Both the position numbers and the translations under genes were made by a program. From Octopus sinensis (lineage: Eukaryota), in the NCBI RefSeq assembly GCF_006345805.1, contig NC_043022.1:11966001-12030000 (forward strand): a stretch of DNA of 64,000 nucleotides, read 5' to 3'. The notes beneath the pieces were generated by a model. The model did no database searches. It saw only the letters and a list, made by a program, of their open reading frames with translations, and was not told the origin of the DNA. This document shows, one piece after another, positions 13,663 to 26,384 of the stretch (positions are counted from its first letter, which is position 1; each line of letters begins with the position of its first letter).

Positions 13663-14345
13663 CTTACATGACAAGCTTTTGCAGTTTCCATTATCCAAAC
13701 TCACTCACAAGGCTTTAGCTGGACAAAGCTTACAATGACAGACACTTGCCCAAGGTTATGTATGTATGTATGTATGTGAATGTGCATGTTTGTGTCTCAT
13801 TGTCTTGACATCCTCTGTGAGTCGTAAATGAGTGTCACTGTCATACAAGCAGAGTCCATTTCCAATATTCTGTGAAAACATGTCAGGCCATCATGAAATA
13901 TTACCTTGCCTGGAAACAAGTGTGGTTTGGTGATATGAAGGGCATCCAGCCATAGAAAACCTTCCTCAATATATTCTGCCTGATTCATGCAAGGATGGAA
14001 AAGTGAACAGTGATGAAGGACAACCTCAGGATGAGATGACAAATGACCGAGAAACCTGGCACTTTGCTGTACTCAAGAAGACCCATCCGTCATAGTAGAG
14101 GTGTTAAGGCCACTCCCCCTGGTGAAGAGAATTGGCCTGCAAGCACTTGTGCCAGTAAGAAGTAATGGCGCTAGTGAAATGCCATGTTAAAAGTACCCAG
14201 CACATACTGTTAAAGTAGTTGGCATTCAGAAGAAATCCAACTGCAGAAGAAACCAAACCAAATCAGACTAGAACCTGGAGCATACCATAGGAAATGGACA
14301 TTAAAGGAGGATGAGGATCCATTTTCTTAGACTAAACCATTTTGT

Positions 14346-14558
14346 TTGGCCGTTGCCAGCCTCGTCTGGCACCTGTGCCGGTGGCACGTAAAAAGCACCC
14401 ACTACACTCACGGAGTGGTTGGCGTTAGGAAGGGCATCCAGCTGTAGAAACACTGCCAGATCAGACTGGGCCTGGCACAGCCTCCTGGCTTCCCAGACCC
14501 CAGTTGAACCGTCCAACCCATGCTAGCATGGAAAATAGACGTTAAACGATGATGATGA
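14346..14558 (+). mobile_element. 5'-truncated RTE 3'UTR copy (family B)
   Basis: Homology to family B. Confidence 0.85.
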
Positions 14559-14904
14559 CATTGTCTGTTTTCAATTAATTCTCAAAATAATGCAAAGTTT
14601 AGTTAAAAAACTTTGCCATTATGAAGCTGGTATTTGGAACTTAAATTAACACAAAATTCTGACAGGAAAGTTTTAATTAAGATAATTTAAAACAGGAAGT
14701 TTGTATCATAAATTCAAGGACTCTCTTAGGCAGGTTGGCGTCAAAAGAGTTCAAAGTTCATTTTCAGTTTGGTAAATTTTTCATTTCTAACAATGAGATT
14801 AACTAAACAAGGATGGGAAGATGAGGATGTTATCTTTCATTTGCTCCAGCCATGCTGGGGGCACCACTTTGAAGGGTTTTAGTTGAACAAACCAATCCCA
14901 GTAC

Positions 14905-15322
14905 TGGTCTCAAGCATTTGTCTTATGAAGAAAGGCTGAAGACACTCGACCTTTATTCTCTAGAAAAACGCCAACACCGTGGTGATCTCATTCTCGCTCA
15001 CATCGTAAGCGGAAAGTGTAACCTCTCGAAAGAGCTGTTCTTCACTCCTGCTCCAGAGCGTCGGCTGCGGGGTCATTCCGAAAAGCTCTATCTGCGATGA
15101 TTTCATCTTAGTCGAAGGAGAGGGGCTTCTTCTGTCCGGGTTGCGGATCCGTGGAATAAGCTGCCGGATGAGATAGTGAACATGCCGACGACCGCTCGTT
15201 TCAAAGACTCTCTTGACCAGAAATGGCCTGAACTCTTTGCATGAACACCCTCCCTGTACATAACTCCATGTCCCCCTACATGGCCTTGCTTTTTGCTTTT
15301 TGAACCAAAAAATTAACGTAAC
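14905..15322 (+). mobile_element. CR1-type LINE 3' fragment, second family, inserted in a diverged family A SINE
   Basis: LSYEERLKTLDLYSLEKRQHRGDLI...RGHSEKL...FSVRVADPWNKLP with an internal stop; the flanks rejoin as a family A-like sequence. Confidence 0.9.
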
Positions 15323-16009
15323 TTGTTTTTAAGTCTGGTACATATCGTATTGGTCTCTTTTGCTGAACTGCTAAGTTACAGAGACTGAAACAAACCAACA
15401 GCAGTTACCAAATGGTGGGAGACACACACACACACACACGTATACATGCAATGGGCTCCCATGCAGTCTCTGTCTACCAAGTCCATGCACAAAGCATTGG
15501 TCAACCTGAGGCTACCGCAGAAGACATTTGCCCAAGGTGGGACTGAACTCAAGTGGGATTGAACCCAAAACCGTGCTGTTGCAAAGCGAGTTTCTTAAAC
15601 CACAGAGCCATGCCTGTGCCTGAAGTTTACAGCTGAACGGATTAAAGTATCTGAAAGTAAACATTGACCAAAGTGTAAAGTAGAATTTAGTAGTGTCGCT
15701 GGGGGGGGGGGTTACACACAAATTTGTCAGAGAGAGAGAGAGAAAGAGAGAGGCAGACAGACTGTGTGTGTCTGTGTTTATTGCTAAAGATTATAAACGA
15801 TGGCGATAGCAGGAACTGAAGTCCATGACAACAGATCATGGTGGAGGATAAAAAGCACAAAACGTAAAAGACACACAGACAGATTAGTGACTGGGACTAG
15901 GAATGTCATTGGTGGTGGTAGTGGTGGTGGTGGTGGTGGTGGTGGTGGTGTAGTGGCAGTAATGGTGGTTGTACAAGTGGTGGAGTAGCCAGCAGTGATA
16001 GTCACTGTG

Positions 16010-17030
16010 TGGTGGTGTAGGTAGTAGTGTTGATAGTTGTGGTGGTTTACAGTACTGGTGTTGGGAAAGTAGAGGTGTGATTGTGGTGGTTGTGGTGGTG
16101 TTGGTTATAGTGTTGACAGTGGTAGTCTTATATAGTACTGGTGTAAGAGTGGTAGAGGTGTGGTGGTGGTGTTGGTTATAGTGTTGACAGTGGTAGCCTT
16201 ATATAGTACTGGTGTAAGAGTGGTAGAGGTGTGGTAGTGGTGTTGGTTATAGTGTTGATAGTGGTAGTCTTATATAGTACTGGTGTAAGAGTGGTAGAGG
16301 TGTGGTGGTGGTGTTGGTTATAGTGTTGATAGTGGTAGTCTTATATAGTACTGGTGTAAGAGTGGTAGCGGTGTGGTGGTGGTTGTTGTGTGGTGATGTT
16401 AGTAGAGGTGTGATGGTACTGATATCGGTGGTAGGGTACGGGTGTTGGTGTAGTGGTGTTGGCAGTAGTACTGATAGTGGTGGCGTTGGTAGAGCAATGT
16501 TGATAGAGATGGTGTTGGTAGGTGTAAGTATAGTGGTGGTAGTGGCAGCGTCAGTGGTAGTTGTGTCATGTCAACACTAATGATGATGGTGGTGGTGGTG
16601 GTAGTGGTACTAATGATGGTAACAGCAGTGTTGTGGTGTCAGTAACACAATTGAGGTGGTGTAGGTAGTAGTGTTGATAGTTGTGGTGGTTTACGGTACT
16701 GGTGTTGGGAAAGTAGAGGTGTGATTGTGGTGGTGGTGTTGGTTATAGTGTTGACAGTGGTAGCCTTATATAGTACTAGTGTAAGTGGTAGCAGTGTGGT
16801 GATGGTACTGATATTGGTGGTAGGGTACAGTGTTGGTGTAGTGGTGTTGGCAGTAGTGCTGATAGTGGTGGTGTTGGTAGAGCAATGTTGATAGAGATGG
16901 TGTTGGTAGGTGTAAGTATAGTGGTGGTAGTGGCAGCGTCGGTGGTAGTTGTGTCATGTCAACACTAATGATGGTGGTGGTGGTGGTGGTAGTGGTACTA
17001 ATGATGGTAACAGCAGTGTCGTGGTGTCAT
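16010..17030. repeat. GT-rich compound tandem repeat
   Basis: 71-bp unit x4 (TTGGTTATAG at 16101, 16172, 16243, 16314) inside a larger block that is duplicated at ~16655-17030. Confidence 0.85.
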
Positions 17031-18674
17031 AGTAGTAGCATGAGGTGGGGAGAGAGAGAGTGAGAGAGAAGCAGACAGAGGTGGTGGTGGAGTTAGTAGT
17101 GCTATTACTATTGTTGTCTTAAACCCAAAGTTAAGTATTGCCATTACTCAGAGAAAACAATTAAAAACTGACATTCCTCATTAATTAGTCAGAATTAACT
17201 AAAAAACACCCAACTTCATGTTTGCATTCTACACTGGGAAACTGAGAAACTGAGAAATTGGTGACATTATTCTTGTCACTCAGGCCATCAGCTAACTAAT
17301 GAGGGGCTCGTTAGAGACTTTGGTTTCAGGTCCAGTCCTATCGTATGGCGCCTTGGACAAGTGTCTACTATAGCGCTGGACTGTCCAATGCTTTGTGGGT
17401 GAATTTGGCAGGTGGAAAATGAATGGAAGCATATGCATTGTGTGTGTGTGTGTGTGTGTGTCCCCACCACTGCCTGATAACCTGTGTAGGTTCATTTATG
17501 TTCCCATAACTTAGGAGTTTGGCTCATTAGAAAGCTTGATTCCAGGTTCTGTTCCACTGTGCAGCACCATCTACTACAGCCCTGGTCAACCGATGCCTCG
17601 TTAGTGAATTTGGTGGTCAGAAACTCTGTGAAAGACAATCAGTGTGTGTGTGTGTGTGTGTGTGTGTGCATGCATGTGTATATGAGTGTTGGTTTGTTTA
17701 CATCCTTGTAACTAATGATTCAAAGACCAGATATCAAGAAAATTAAGTACCAGGGTCAATTTGTTCAGCTATATTGTTCAATATGGTGCCCCAGCATGAC
17801 CACAGTCCAACGACCGAAACAAAAATATATCATAATTAATTACCAGGGGCACCAAATTATCCGGATCGTTAGAGCATTGGATCATGTTTCACCATATTCC
17901 TTCCAACATTTTTTACGTCCCAAGTTCAAAATCCCACTGCAGTTAACGTTACCTTAGGTACCTGTCATACTGAGGGAACAATGGCATTGATTAACTAAAC
18001 ACCTGTCCCTCAGTAATTACTGGTATTGTGCTGAAATTGTTTACCAATTCATCATCATTTAATGCCTACTTTTCCATGCTCGCATGGGTCAGTCAGAGTT
18101 CATCAAGGCAAATTTTCTATGGCTGGATGCCCTTCCTGATGCCAACCCTCACCTCAATATTTCCCCATGGCCAGACATGTTTCCAGAGAAAGATTGGAAA
18201 CAAATAACATTGTTTATATAAAGGCAATGCTTGTTTACAGCCATTTCATTTTGATTGCACTGGATGTAGTGATTAGCACAGGGCCTGTGGAGTGGGGGGG
18301 GTGGGGGTGGGGTGAATGTGATGTGAGTGATGAGAGATGAAAAAGGAGAAAGAGAGATAGTCTCCCACTAAAGGGGGCACAAGTGCAGACAACTCCGAGT
18401 AGCAGATATTACTGAGGTAGCAGTGGTAGGAGATGGTAAAGAGAGAGGCAGTAAATCCTATGAGTTGAGGTTGGAATGTGAGAGGGAAATATAAATAGGT
18501 ACCATGGGAAGGTACAGTTCACCTTGCTGTAAATATGTACCATGTGGACAGGTACAGTTCACCTGGTTATAAATAGGTAATGTGGATGAGTATATATGTG
18601 TGTGCGTGTATTCAACATACACATATAGATACACAAATATATACATATATACATACATATATGTACACACACAA

Positions 18675-18710
<36 letters not shown>

Positions 18711-18738
18711 CCCAACTTCTTGTTTTGTTTTATATATG

Positions 18739-18772
<34 letters not shown>

Positions 18773-18888
18773 TAGGTACACAAATATATGTATCTATATA
18801 TATATGTATATATACACACACACACATAGATACACATATATAGATAGATACATATATATATATATATTCCCAACTTCCTGTTTTGTTT

Positions 18889-18940
<52 letters not shown>

Positions 18941-19243
18941 CATGCACACACACACATATGTGTATGTGTGGTATGCAGACAGATGTAAACAATTTGTCTT
19001 TTCCACAATACGCTCGCGAACAAGAAAAAAGGAGATATCAGCTGATCTAGTTTTGATCCTTCCGTTGGGACCTCACCAACGACCGAGCAGCCTCTTTCAC
19101 TGTCCACAGAGAGATTGCTTGTAAATTTCTTATTAATAATAATAAGTGCTGCATTAAACCAGATTAATCTATTTGCATAAATTCCTGACATTCTTGGCAG
19201 CTCATTTGCCTTACAAATTACTGATGCATCAATGATGTGTTAA

Positions 19244-19927
19244 TAGAAGGAACGCTGTACTGTAAAATTAATCTATAGTATCAGGACAAAACATCGTTAA
19301 TGCACCAGTAAGTTATTAATTAAACTAGCAGCCAGCAAAGCATCAATTTATGCAAATAGATTTAATTTATTGAAGCACTTATGAATAACGACTTTATAAA
19401 CAATGTATCTATGGGCCATTAATCAGGGTAGTTTGTCACTGATGAGGTTCTAATTGAGGGATTAAAACCAGTCTTGCAGATATGTATTTTCTTGTCCAGG
19501 ATGTTACTGTATGGAAGACAAGATGTTTACATCTATTTACGCACATGGAGTTGGCTATACATTGTCAACCTCATCATCTAATCGTGGTCTTCCATACTGG
19601 CATGGGTTGGCTTGTTTGACCAAAGAATCGCAATCAGCACGTAAACATCATGTCTTCCATACAGTAACATCATGGACAAGAAAATACATATCTGCAAGAC
19701 TGGTTTTAATCCCTCAATTAGAACCTCATCAGTGACAAACTACCCTAATTAATGGCCCATAGATACATTGTTTATAAAGTCGTTATTCATAAGTGCTTCA
19801 ATAAATTAAATCTATTTGCATAAATTGATGCTTTGCTGGCATCTAGTTTAATTAATAACTTACTGGTACATTAACGATGTTTTGTCCTGATACTATAGAT
19901 TAATTTTATAGTACAGCATTCCTTCTA
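19244..19927. repeat. Long inverted repeat (~287-bp arms, ~110-bp spacer)
   Basis: 19244-19530 is the reverse complement of 19641-19927 with few mismatches. A more diverged relative lies at ~18990-19200. Confidence 0.92.
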
Positions 19928-20186
19928 CAACTGGATCCGCTTTCTAATCCCAACCACTTTACAGGATGTACTTGGTACTTCTGTCCTGGCACCAGCACCA
20001 ATGAGGTTGCAAAGTAACTAACAAGACCAAAAAAAAAGCTTCCTTCACTGATGGTGGAGGGATGTGGCTTTATGCCAGGTGTTGAGAAGCTAAATTATGA
20101 TAAGACAGATAAAGTTGGAGAACAAAAGAAAGAAGCACTCAATACATTTAGTAGGAGTTGCATATATTATTATTTAAAACAGTTTG

Positions 20187-20573
20187 GGACGTAGCCAGCC
20201 CACTTATGCATATCTTTCCTTCTTGTGACACAAACCCTACTTGTGAAGACCTGTTGAGGCAAGTGAAAATCAAAATCGAAATCAATCAACATCAATGGAA
20301 ATTGCAGCTGTGATACCAGTGCTGGTGGCACATAAGAGAGCCATCTGATCGTGGCCATTTGCCAGCCTCGTCTGCCACCTGTGCAGGTGGCACGTAAAAT
20401 GCACCCACTACACTCACGGAGTGGTTGACGTTAGGAAGGGCATCCAGCCGTAGAAACATTGCCAGATCAGACTGGGTCTGGCGCAGCCTACTGGCTTCCC
20501 AGATCCCCGGTCGAACCGTCCAACCCATGCTAGCATGGAAAGCGGACATTAAACGATGATGATGATGATGATG
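20187..20573 (+). mobile_element. 5'-truncated RTE 3'UTR copy (family B)
   Basis: Homology to family B; (GAT)n tail. Confidence 0.85.
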
Positions 20574-21047
20574 ACTTGGTCCCAGGTAACTTAAGTTTCA
20601 TACACTTCTTACAGAAAACCTGCAAAATTTTTAAGGTGCATGGAGCTGAGTCCAACCTATGCTGGCATGGAAGATGGCCGCTAAACGATGACAAGAAGGA
20701 TATAAGATCGTGTGGTTGTTCTAAACAGGCATCGCCATCATACAAGCAGTATTAGTCATTTCCAATCTTCTGTGAAAACATGTCTGGCCACAGAGAAATA
20801 TTTGGTTTGGAAACAGGTGAAGGTTGGTGACAGGAAGAGCATCTGACTGTAGAAAATATACCTTTAATGAATTTCATCTGACCCTTGCAAGCACAGAAAA
20901 ATGGATGTTAAAACAATGATATATATTTAAGTAAAGAAAGAAAGGAAAACAAAGAAAGCTTTTAACAACTGTCAGAATCTTTCTTTGTTTTCTTTTTCTA
21001 ATTCTGTACTACAATGCTTCAAGCGAACTACAACACTCTTAACGATA

Positions 21048-21423
21048 TCATCATCATTTAACGTCCGTTTTCCATGCTAGCATGGGTTGGACGGTTCAAC
21101 TGGGGTCTGGGAAGCCAGAATGCCGTACCAGGCTCCAATCTGATCTGGCAATGTTTCTACAGCTGGATGCCCTTCCTAACGCCAACTACTCCGTGAGTGT
21201 AGTGTGTGCTTTTTAAGTGCCACCAGCACAGGTGCTAGACGAGTCTGGCAAATGGTCACGATCAGATGGTACTTTTTACGTGCCACCGGCACGGGGGCCA
21301 GGCGAGGCTGGCAATGGCCACGAACGGATGGTGCTTTTTACATGCCACCGGCACGAGGCCAGTCGGGGCAGCGCTGGCAACAGCCACGTTCGGATGGTTC
21401 TCTTACGTGCCACCGGTACTGGT

Positions 21424-21425
<2 letters not shown>
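21048..21425 (-). mobile_element. 5'-truncated RTE 3'UTR copy (family B)
   Basis: Homology to family B. Confidence 0.85.
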
Positions 21426-21460
<35 letters not shown>

Positions 21461-21489
21461 TCATCTATATATATATAAATCTATAGATG

Positions 21490-21770
21490 CTTAGATAAGT
21501 TTTGGACAGAATGGGTTCTGGGTTTCACTAATTTAATAGAACCACCAGAAAAAGACAGTTAATGACACAGTTCATATTACATTCATTCTTTGGGCACCAC
21601 CGACCATTCAAGTATAGGGTTGTTGTTTGCAGGAATATATCTGGGTGTAGCGGGTTTATCTGGAATTTGTTGGAAATATTCATCCAGAAACTGTTGAATG
21701 TTAGATATTTTCCTCTTTTATGTGTCCTGACATGATGTTCAAGAGAGCAAGGCCAATTTAGGTGAAATAG
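21490..21770 (-). mobile_element. Old CR1/L2-group LINE 3' fragment
   Basis: Minus strand gives FLDEYFQQIPDKPATPRYIPANNNPILEW, resembling the LD.YL..IPD.P..PGY..NSL..W terminus of CR1-group ORF2. Confidence 0.55.
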
Positions 21771-22004
21771 TTCAGTTGTAATGTTATGATGTTATGCAAA
21801 CATGATTTTTATAAAGGACAGATTGCAAGGGGGACCAAGCCTTGCGTGAATTTTATGCAAGGGGACCGAGCCTTTTAAAGTCAATGCCAATATTGTTGGA
21901 ATATTTTCTACATCATACAAATGATATCGTGCTCAGAGTAGCATTGGTGGGAATAAAACTTGAGCTTCTCAAGCCAATCTCAATAATCACACAAAGTATA
22001 TGTA

Positions 22005-22537
22005 TAACCCGGCAGGACAAGTGAGACCATAACCCGTGGTCTCTACATGGGATGTAGCCAGTCCACTTATGCATACCTTTCCTTCTTGGGACACAAAACT
22101 CTACTTGTGAAGACCTGTTGAGGCAAGTGAAAATCGAAATTGATCAACATCAATGGAAATTGTAGCAGTGATACCAGTGCCGGTGGTACGTAAGAGAACC
22201 ATCCGAACGTGGCCGTTGCCAGCGCTGCCCCGACTGGCCTCATGCCGGTGGCACGTAAAAAGCACCATCCGATCGTGGCCATTGCCAGCCTCGCCTGGCC
22301 CCCGTGCTGGTGGCACGTAAAAAGCACCATCCGATCGTGGACGTTTGCCAGACTCGTCTGGCACGTAAAAAGCACCCACTACACTCACGGAGTGGTTGGT
22401 GTTAGGAAGGGCATCCAGCCGTAGAAACATTGCCAGATCAGACTAGGCCTGGTGCAGCCTTCTGGCTTCCCAGACCCCAGCTGAATCGTCCAACCCATGC
22501 TAGCATGGAAAGCGGACGCTAAACGATGATGATGATG

Positions 22538-22538
<1 letters not shown>
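22005..22538 (+). mobile_element. RTE 3' end (ORF stop + full 3'UTR, family B)
   Basis: Starts near ...AAGTGA (the ORF end seen at 4234) and ends in (GAT)n. Confidence 0.85.
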
Positions 22539-22568
<30 letters not shown>

Positions 22569-23324
22569 AATATACATACATGTACACATACATGTACACA
22601 TATATTTTGAAAGAGAAATTTGTAAATACACATATATAGTGGTTGTATACTGTCAACTCAACGTGACAGTCCCGTAAAGGGAATCACACATATATATATA
22701 TATATATAGTTTTGGCTGAATTTTGTGGTACAAACCAAAGTTTTCAATACAACTTTGGGAAATGTGAACACGAGCGTTTTTGTGTGTTCATGTGTCTATG
22801 TATTGTATACAGTTAACGGTTGTGTGTGTGTGCATAATCTAATGACATTCATACAGGTCTGGCCGGGTATATATAAATATGTGTGTGTGTGTGCCTGTGT
22901 CATAAGAGTGCGGGGTTTAGGTGACGGACGTGGAATTTAGGCCACGATCTAATTATGTCCCATTAAATTAATGAACCAAGCTTAATAGATAACCAAACGG
23001 TATCACACATAAACCATTCGCATCAGTACATACACACACACACATTATATATATAGATATATAATATATATATTATATATATATATATATATATAGATGT
23101 ACTGTACTTTAAACCTTATCCTAGCAGCATGCATATTCGGCTTCACATCAACGTGTACGGTTGATACTCTAAGCATAAAGGACTTCTAAGCACTTCGATT
23201 TTTCCCCCACCAGGAACAAACTATCATAATATATATATATTATACTTATGTATGTTTATATATGATACTTACAGAATACTGACAATATATACATACATAC
23301 ATACATGCATACATACATGTATGT

Positions 23325-23661
23325 GTATACATATCCAGCTTCAGTGGATGTTGGTGTGTGTTTGTGTGTGCAGTATGAGTATCAGGTATCAATGTATAAG
23401 TAGTGTTTACAAATATATATACTCTAAAAATGAATGTGTATATATATATATAACTCGAATTTTTACGAATTGGACAGCCATGAAACGATCGTAATGTTAT
23501 ACTAATTATCTTTTTTTAATAATTTTGATATATATTTAAAACAATATAAATTAATTAATCTTATGTATTGGCTTAAGTTTTTCATTGTATGATTTGCCTA
23601 ATAGTGGTTTTATCTCTAATTTAATATTAATATAATAATATTATATACATAATTATATATA

Positions 23662-23692
<31 letters not shown>

Positions 23693-23815
23693 CGCATTCA
23701 TTTTGGGAGTATATATATTTGTAAACACTACTTATACATTGATACCTGATACTCATATTGCACACACACACACAAACACACACCAACATCCACTGAAGCT
23801 GGATATATATACAGA
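23325..23815. repeat. Inverted repeat (~125-bp arms)
   Basis: ATCCAGCTTCAGTGGATGTTGG...AAATGAATG at 23325-23450 reappears reverse-complemented at 23680-23815. Confidence 0.88.
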
Positions 23816-24094
23816 CACACAAATATACATCATGTTTGTGTGTGTGTATATGATATTTGTGTGTATAATAGACAATATCTGAGCTGGACGTAGGTACACA
23901 CACCATGAGAACAGAGGCGAGCACCTCATCAACGAAGAAGAAGAAGAAGAAGAAGGAGGAAGAGGAGGAGAGCAACTTGAATGAGTCAACGTGAAAAGAT
24001 GGAACGAGTCTCTTTTGTCTTACTGACAACACGACAGACTTTTTGCGAAACGGGAGGACGGGACACATCGCTTCTTTACACACATAATAAACAT

Positions 24095-24580
24095 ACACAC
24101 ACACACGTCTGTGTATACATATATATATATATACACACACACGTCTGTGTATATACATATATATATATATATACACACACGTCTGTGTATATACATATAT
24201 ATATATACACACACACGTCTGTGTATATACATATATATATATACACACACACGTCTGTGTATACATATATATATATACACACACACGTCTGTGTATACAT
24301 ATATATATATATATAATATACACACACACGTCTGTGTATATACATATATATATATATACACACACACGTCTGTGTATATACATATATATATATATATATA
24401 TACACACACGTCTGTGTATATACATATATATACACACACACGTCTGTGTATATACATATATATATATATACACACACGTCTGTGTATATACATATATATA
24501 TATATACACACACGTCTGTGTATATACATATATATATATATATACACACACGTCTGTGTATATACATATATATATATATT
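24095..24580. repeat. Minisatellite ACACACACGTCTGTGTATATAC(AT)n, ~14 units of 30-38 bp
   Basis: Direct inspection. Confidence 0.92.
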
Positions 24581-25337
24581 ATATATATATACACACACAC
24601 ATATATACACAAATATATATGCATAAATATACGCATATTTATATATACACATATGTACCCAGACATATACACATATATAAATACATATGTATTATATATA
24701 CGCACACATATGAATGTGTATGTGTGTATATATATAGAGATAGATAGATAGATAGATAGATAGATATTACTACTGTTACTACTATCAATAGCCCTAATTA
24801 ATTATAATGGAAACAACATGGTTAATAAATTATGATTTTTTAAGGATAATTATCCTATTTTTTTTGTTTACTACAAACAACAATTTACACACCATGATAA
24901 TTAACAAATTAACACTACTACTACTACTACTACTTATTACTGCTAATAAACTAAATATAATTAGTAATGAAATTATAACAATAACTGTGACCTCAGGTTA
25001 GCTTTGATCGAGCAGACTTAAGTTTGTCCAACCATGACCACCCCTTTTATACGAGGGTCATATAGGATACATTACATTATCTAATGCTTGTTTGGGTTTT
25101 TGTTCCTTTTTCTTTTCAAGAACGTTGGATTCGATTTTGAAGGAAATCTGACTGCTATTTCTAGCAGGTCTAGAAACCACATGGGGATTATTTTATTTTA
25201 TAGTATTTGCCACAAGAACGATATAACAATGGGTCCTCGCATTTTCGGTCCTCTGTGAGTGTGTGTGTGTGTTTGTTATGAGGATGGGATGCTTACATAA
25301 AGCATAGGCACTTAGTGTTCGGACTACACACACACAC

Positions 25338-25375
<38 letters not shown>

Positions 25376-25490
25376 TGTGGTTTTACTGGGATCTCCCTTT
25401 TATGTAGAAAGAATAGCCATAACTCTTTGACTGCTATTTCTAAATTCGGTGTGTGGTGAGGCAAATCGTTGCTAAACCCTTAATTACTTA

Positions 25491-25529
<39 letters not shown>

Positions 25530-26384
25530 TACAATTTAGGTGATTTTTTAAAATCTCGTGATGAATGGTAGAATTTTTTTTTTTTCAAGTATTTGTGGCA
25601 AAATAAAGGAAATTAGAATGTAGACTACGTAATTGCTTTGACCTGGCAGAAATGGCAGCCAAACTCCCTTCAAATCACCTTATTCATAAATAAAAGAAGG
25701 AACTGTCTTTGTAATCATTACCTCATAGGGAAGAGAAATGTCATGCAATTGGTTGGGGGGAGAGGTTGAAATTCTAAGGGGACAAAAATCCTTTGAGAAT
25801 CATAATCTCGGTTTTACAAAACACAGGAATCTTTTTTTAAAGCCTCTCAATTTCTTGCCCTTTACCTTTCCCAGCTGGTAGCGATTGCTATTTCAAAATA
25901 GCCTCCACAAGGCTATTAATTTAGCACACAAGGGCTAATAATTTCAGTTGATCACATCAACTCCATTGTTCATTTTATCGACCAAGAAAGTATTAAAGAC
26001 AAAATTACTTCAGCAGAATTTGAACTCTGAACGTAAGGAAGCCAGACAAAAAAAAAAAATGCCGTTAAAGTATTATAATAATACGAAGCTCTAACGGTTC
26101 TGGCAAGCTCGCTTCCTAAATGGACATCAAAAGATGAAGTAGAAGGTTGAGCAGCAGATTAAATTACTTTTGTAGGTATTCAGTTACAGTTTGTTTACGT
26201 GTGTCGAGAGTTCAATCCCATCCGAGGTCGACTCTTAATTACTTCATTCGAAGGTCGATAAACTAACTTAATGACCAAGGATTGGTTCAGTAGCAATGAC
26301 TCAGACGTGTTCACCAAACCCGAAAATCTTTGGCACGGTGCCCAATAATGGCAAGAAATCATCACAATAAATCATAGCTGCTTC

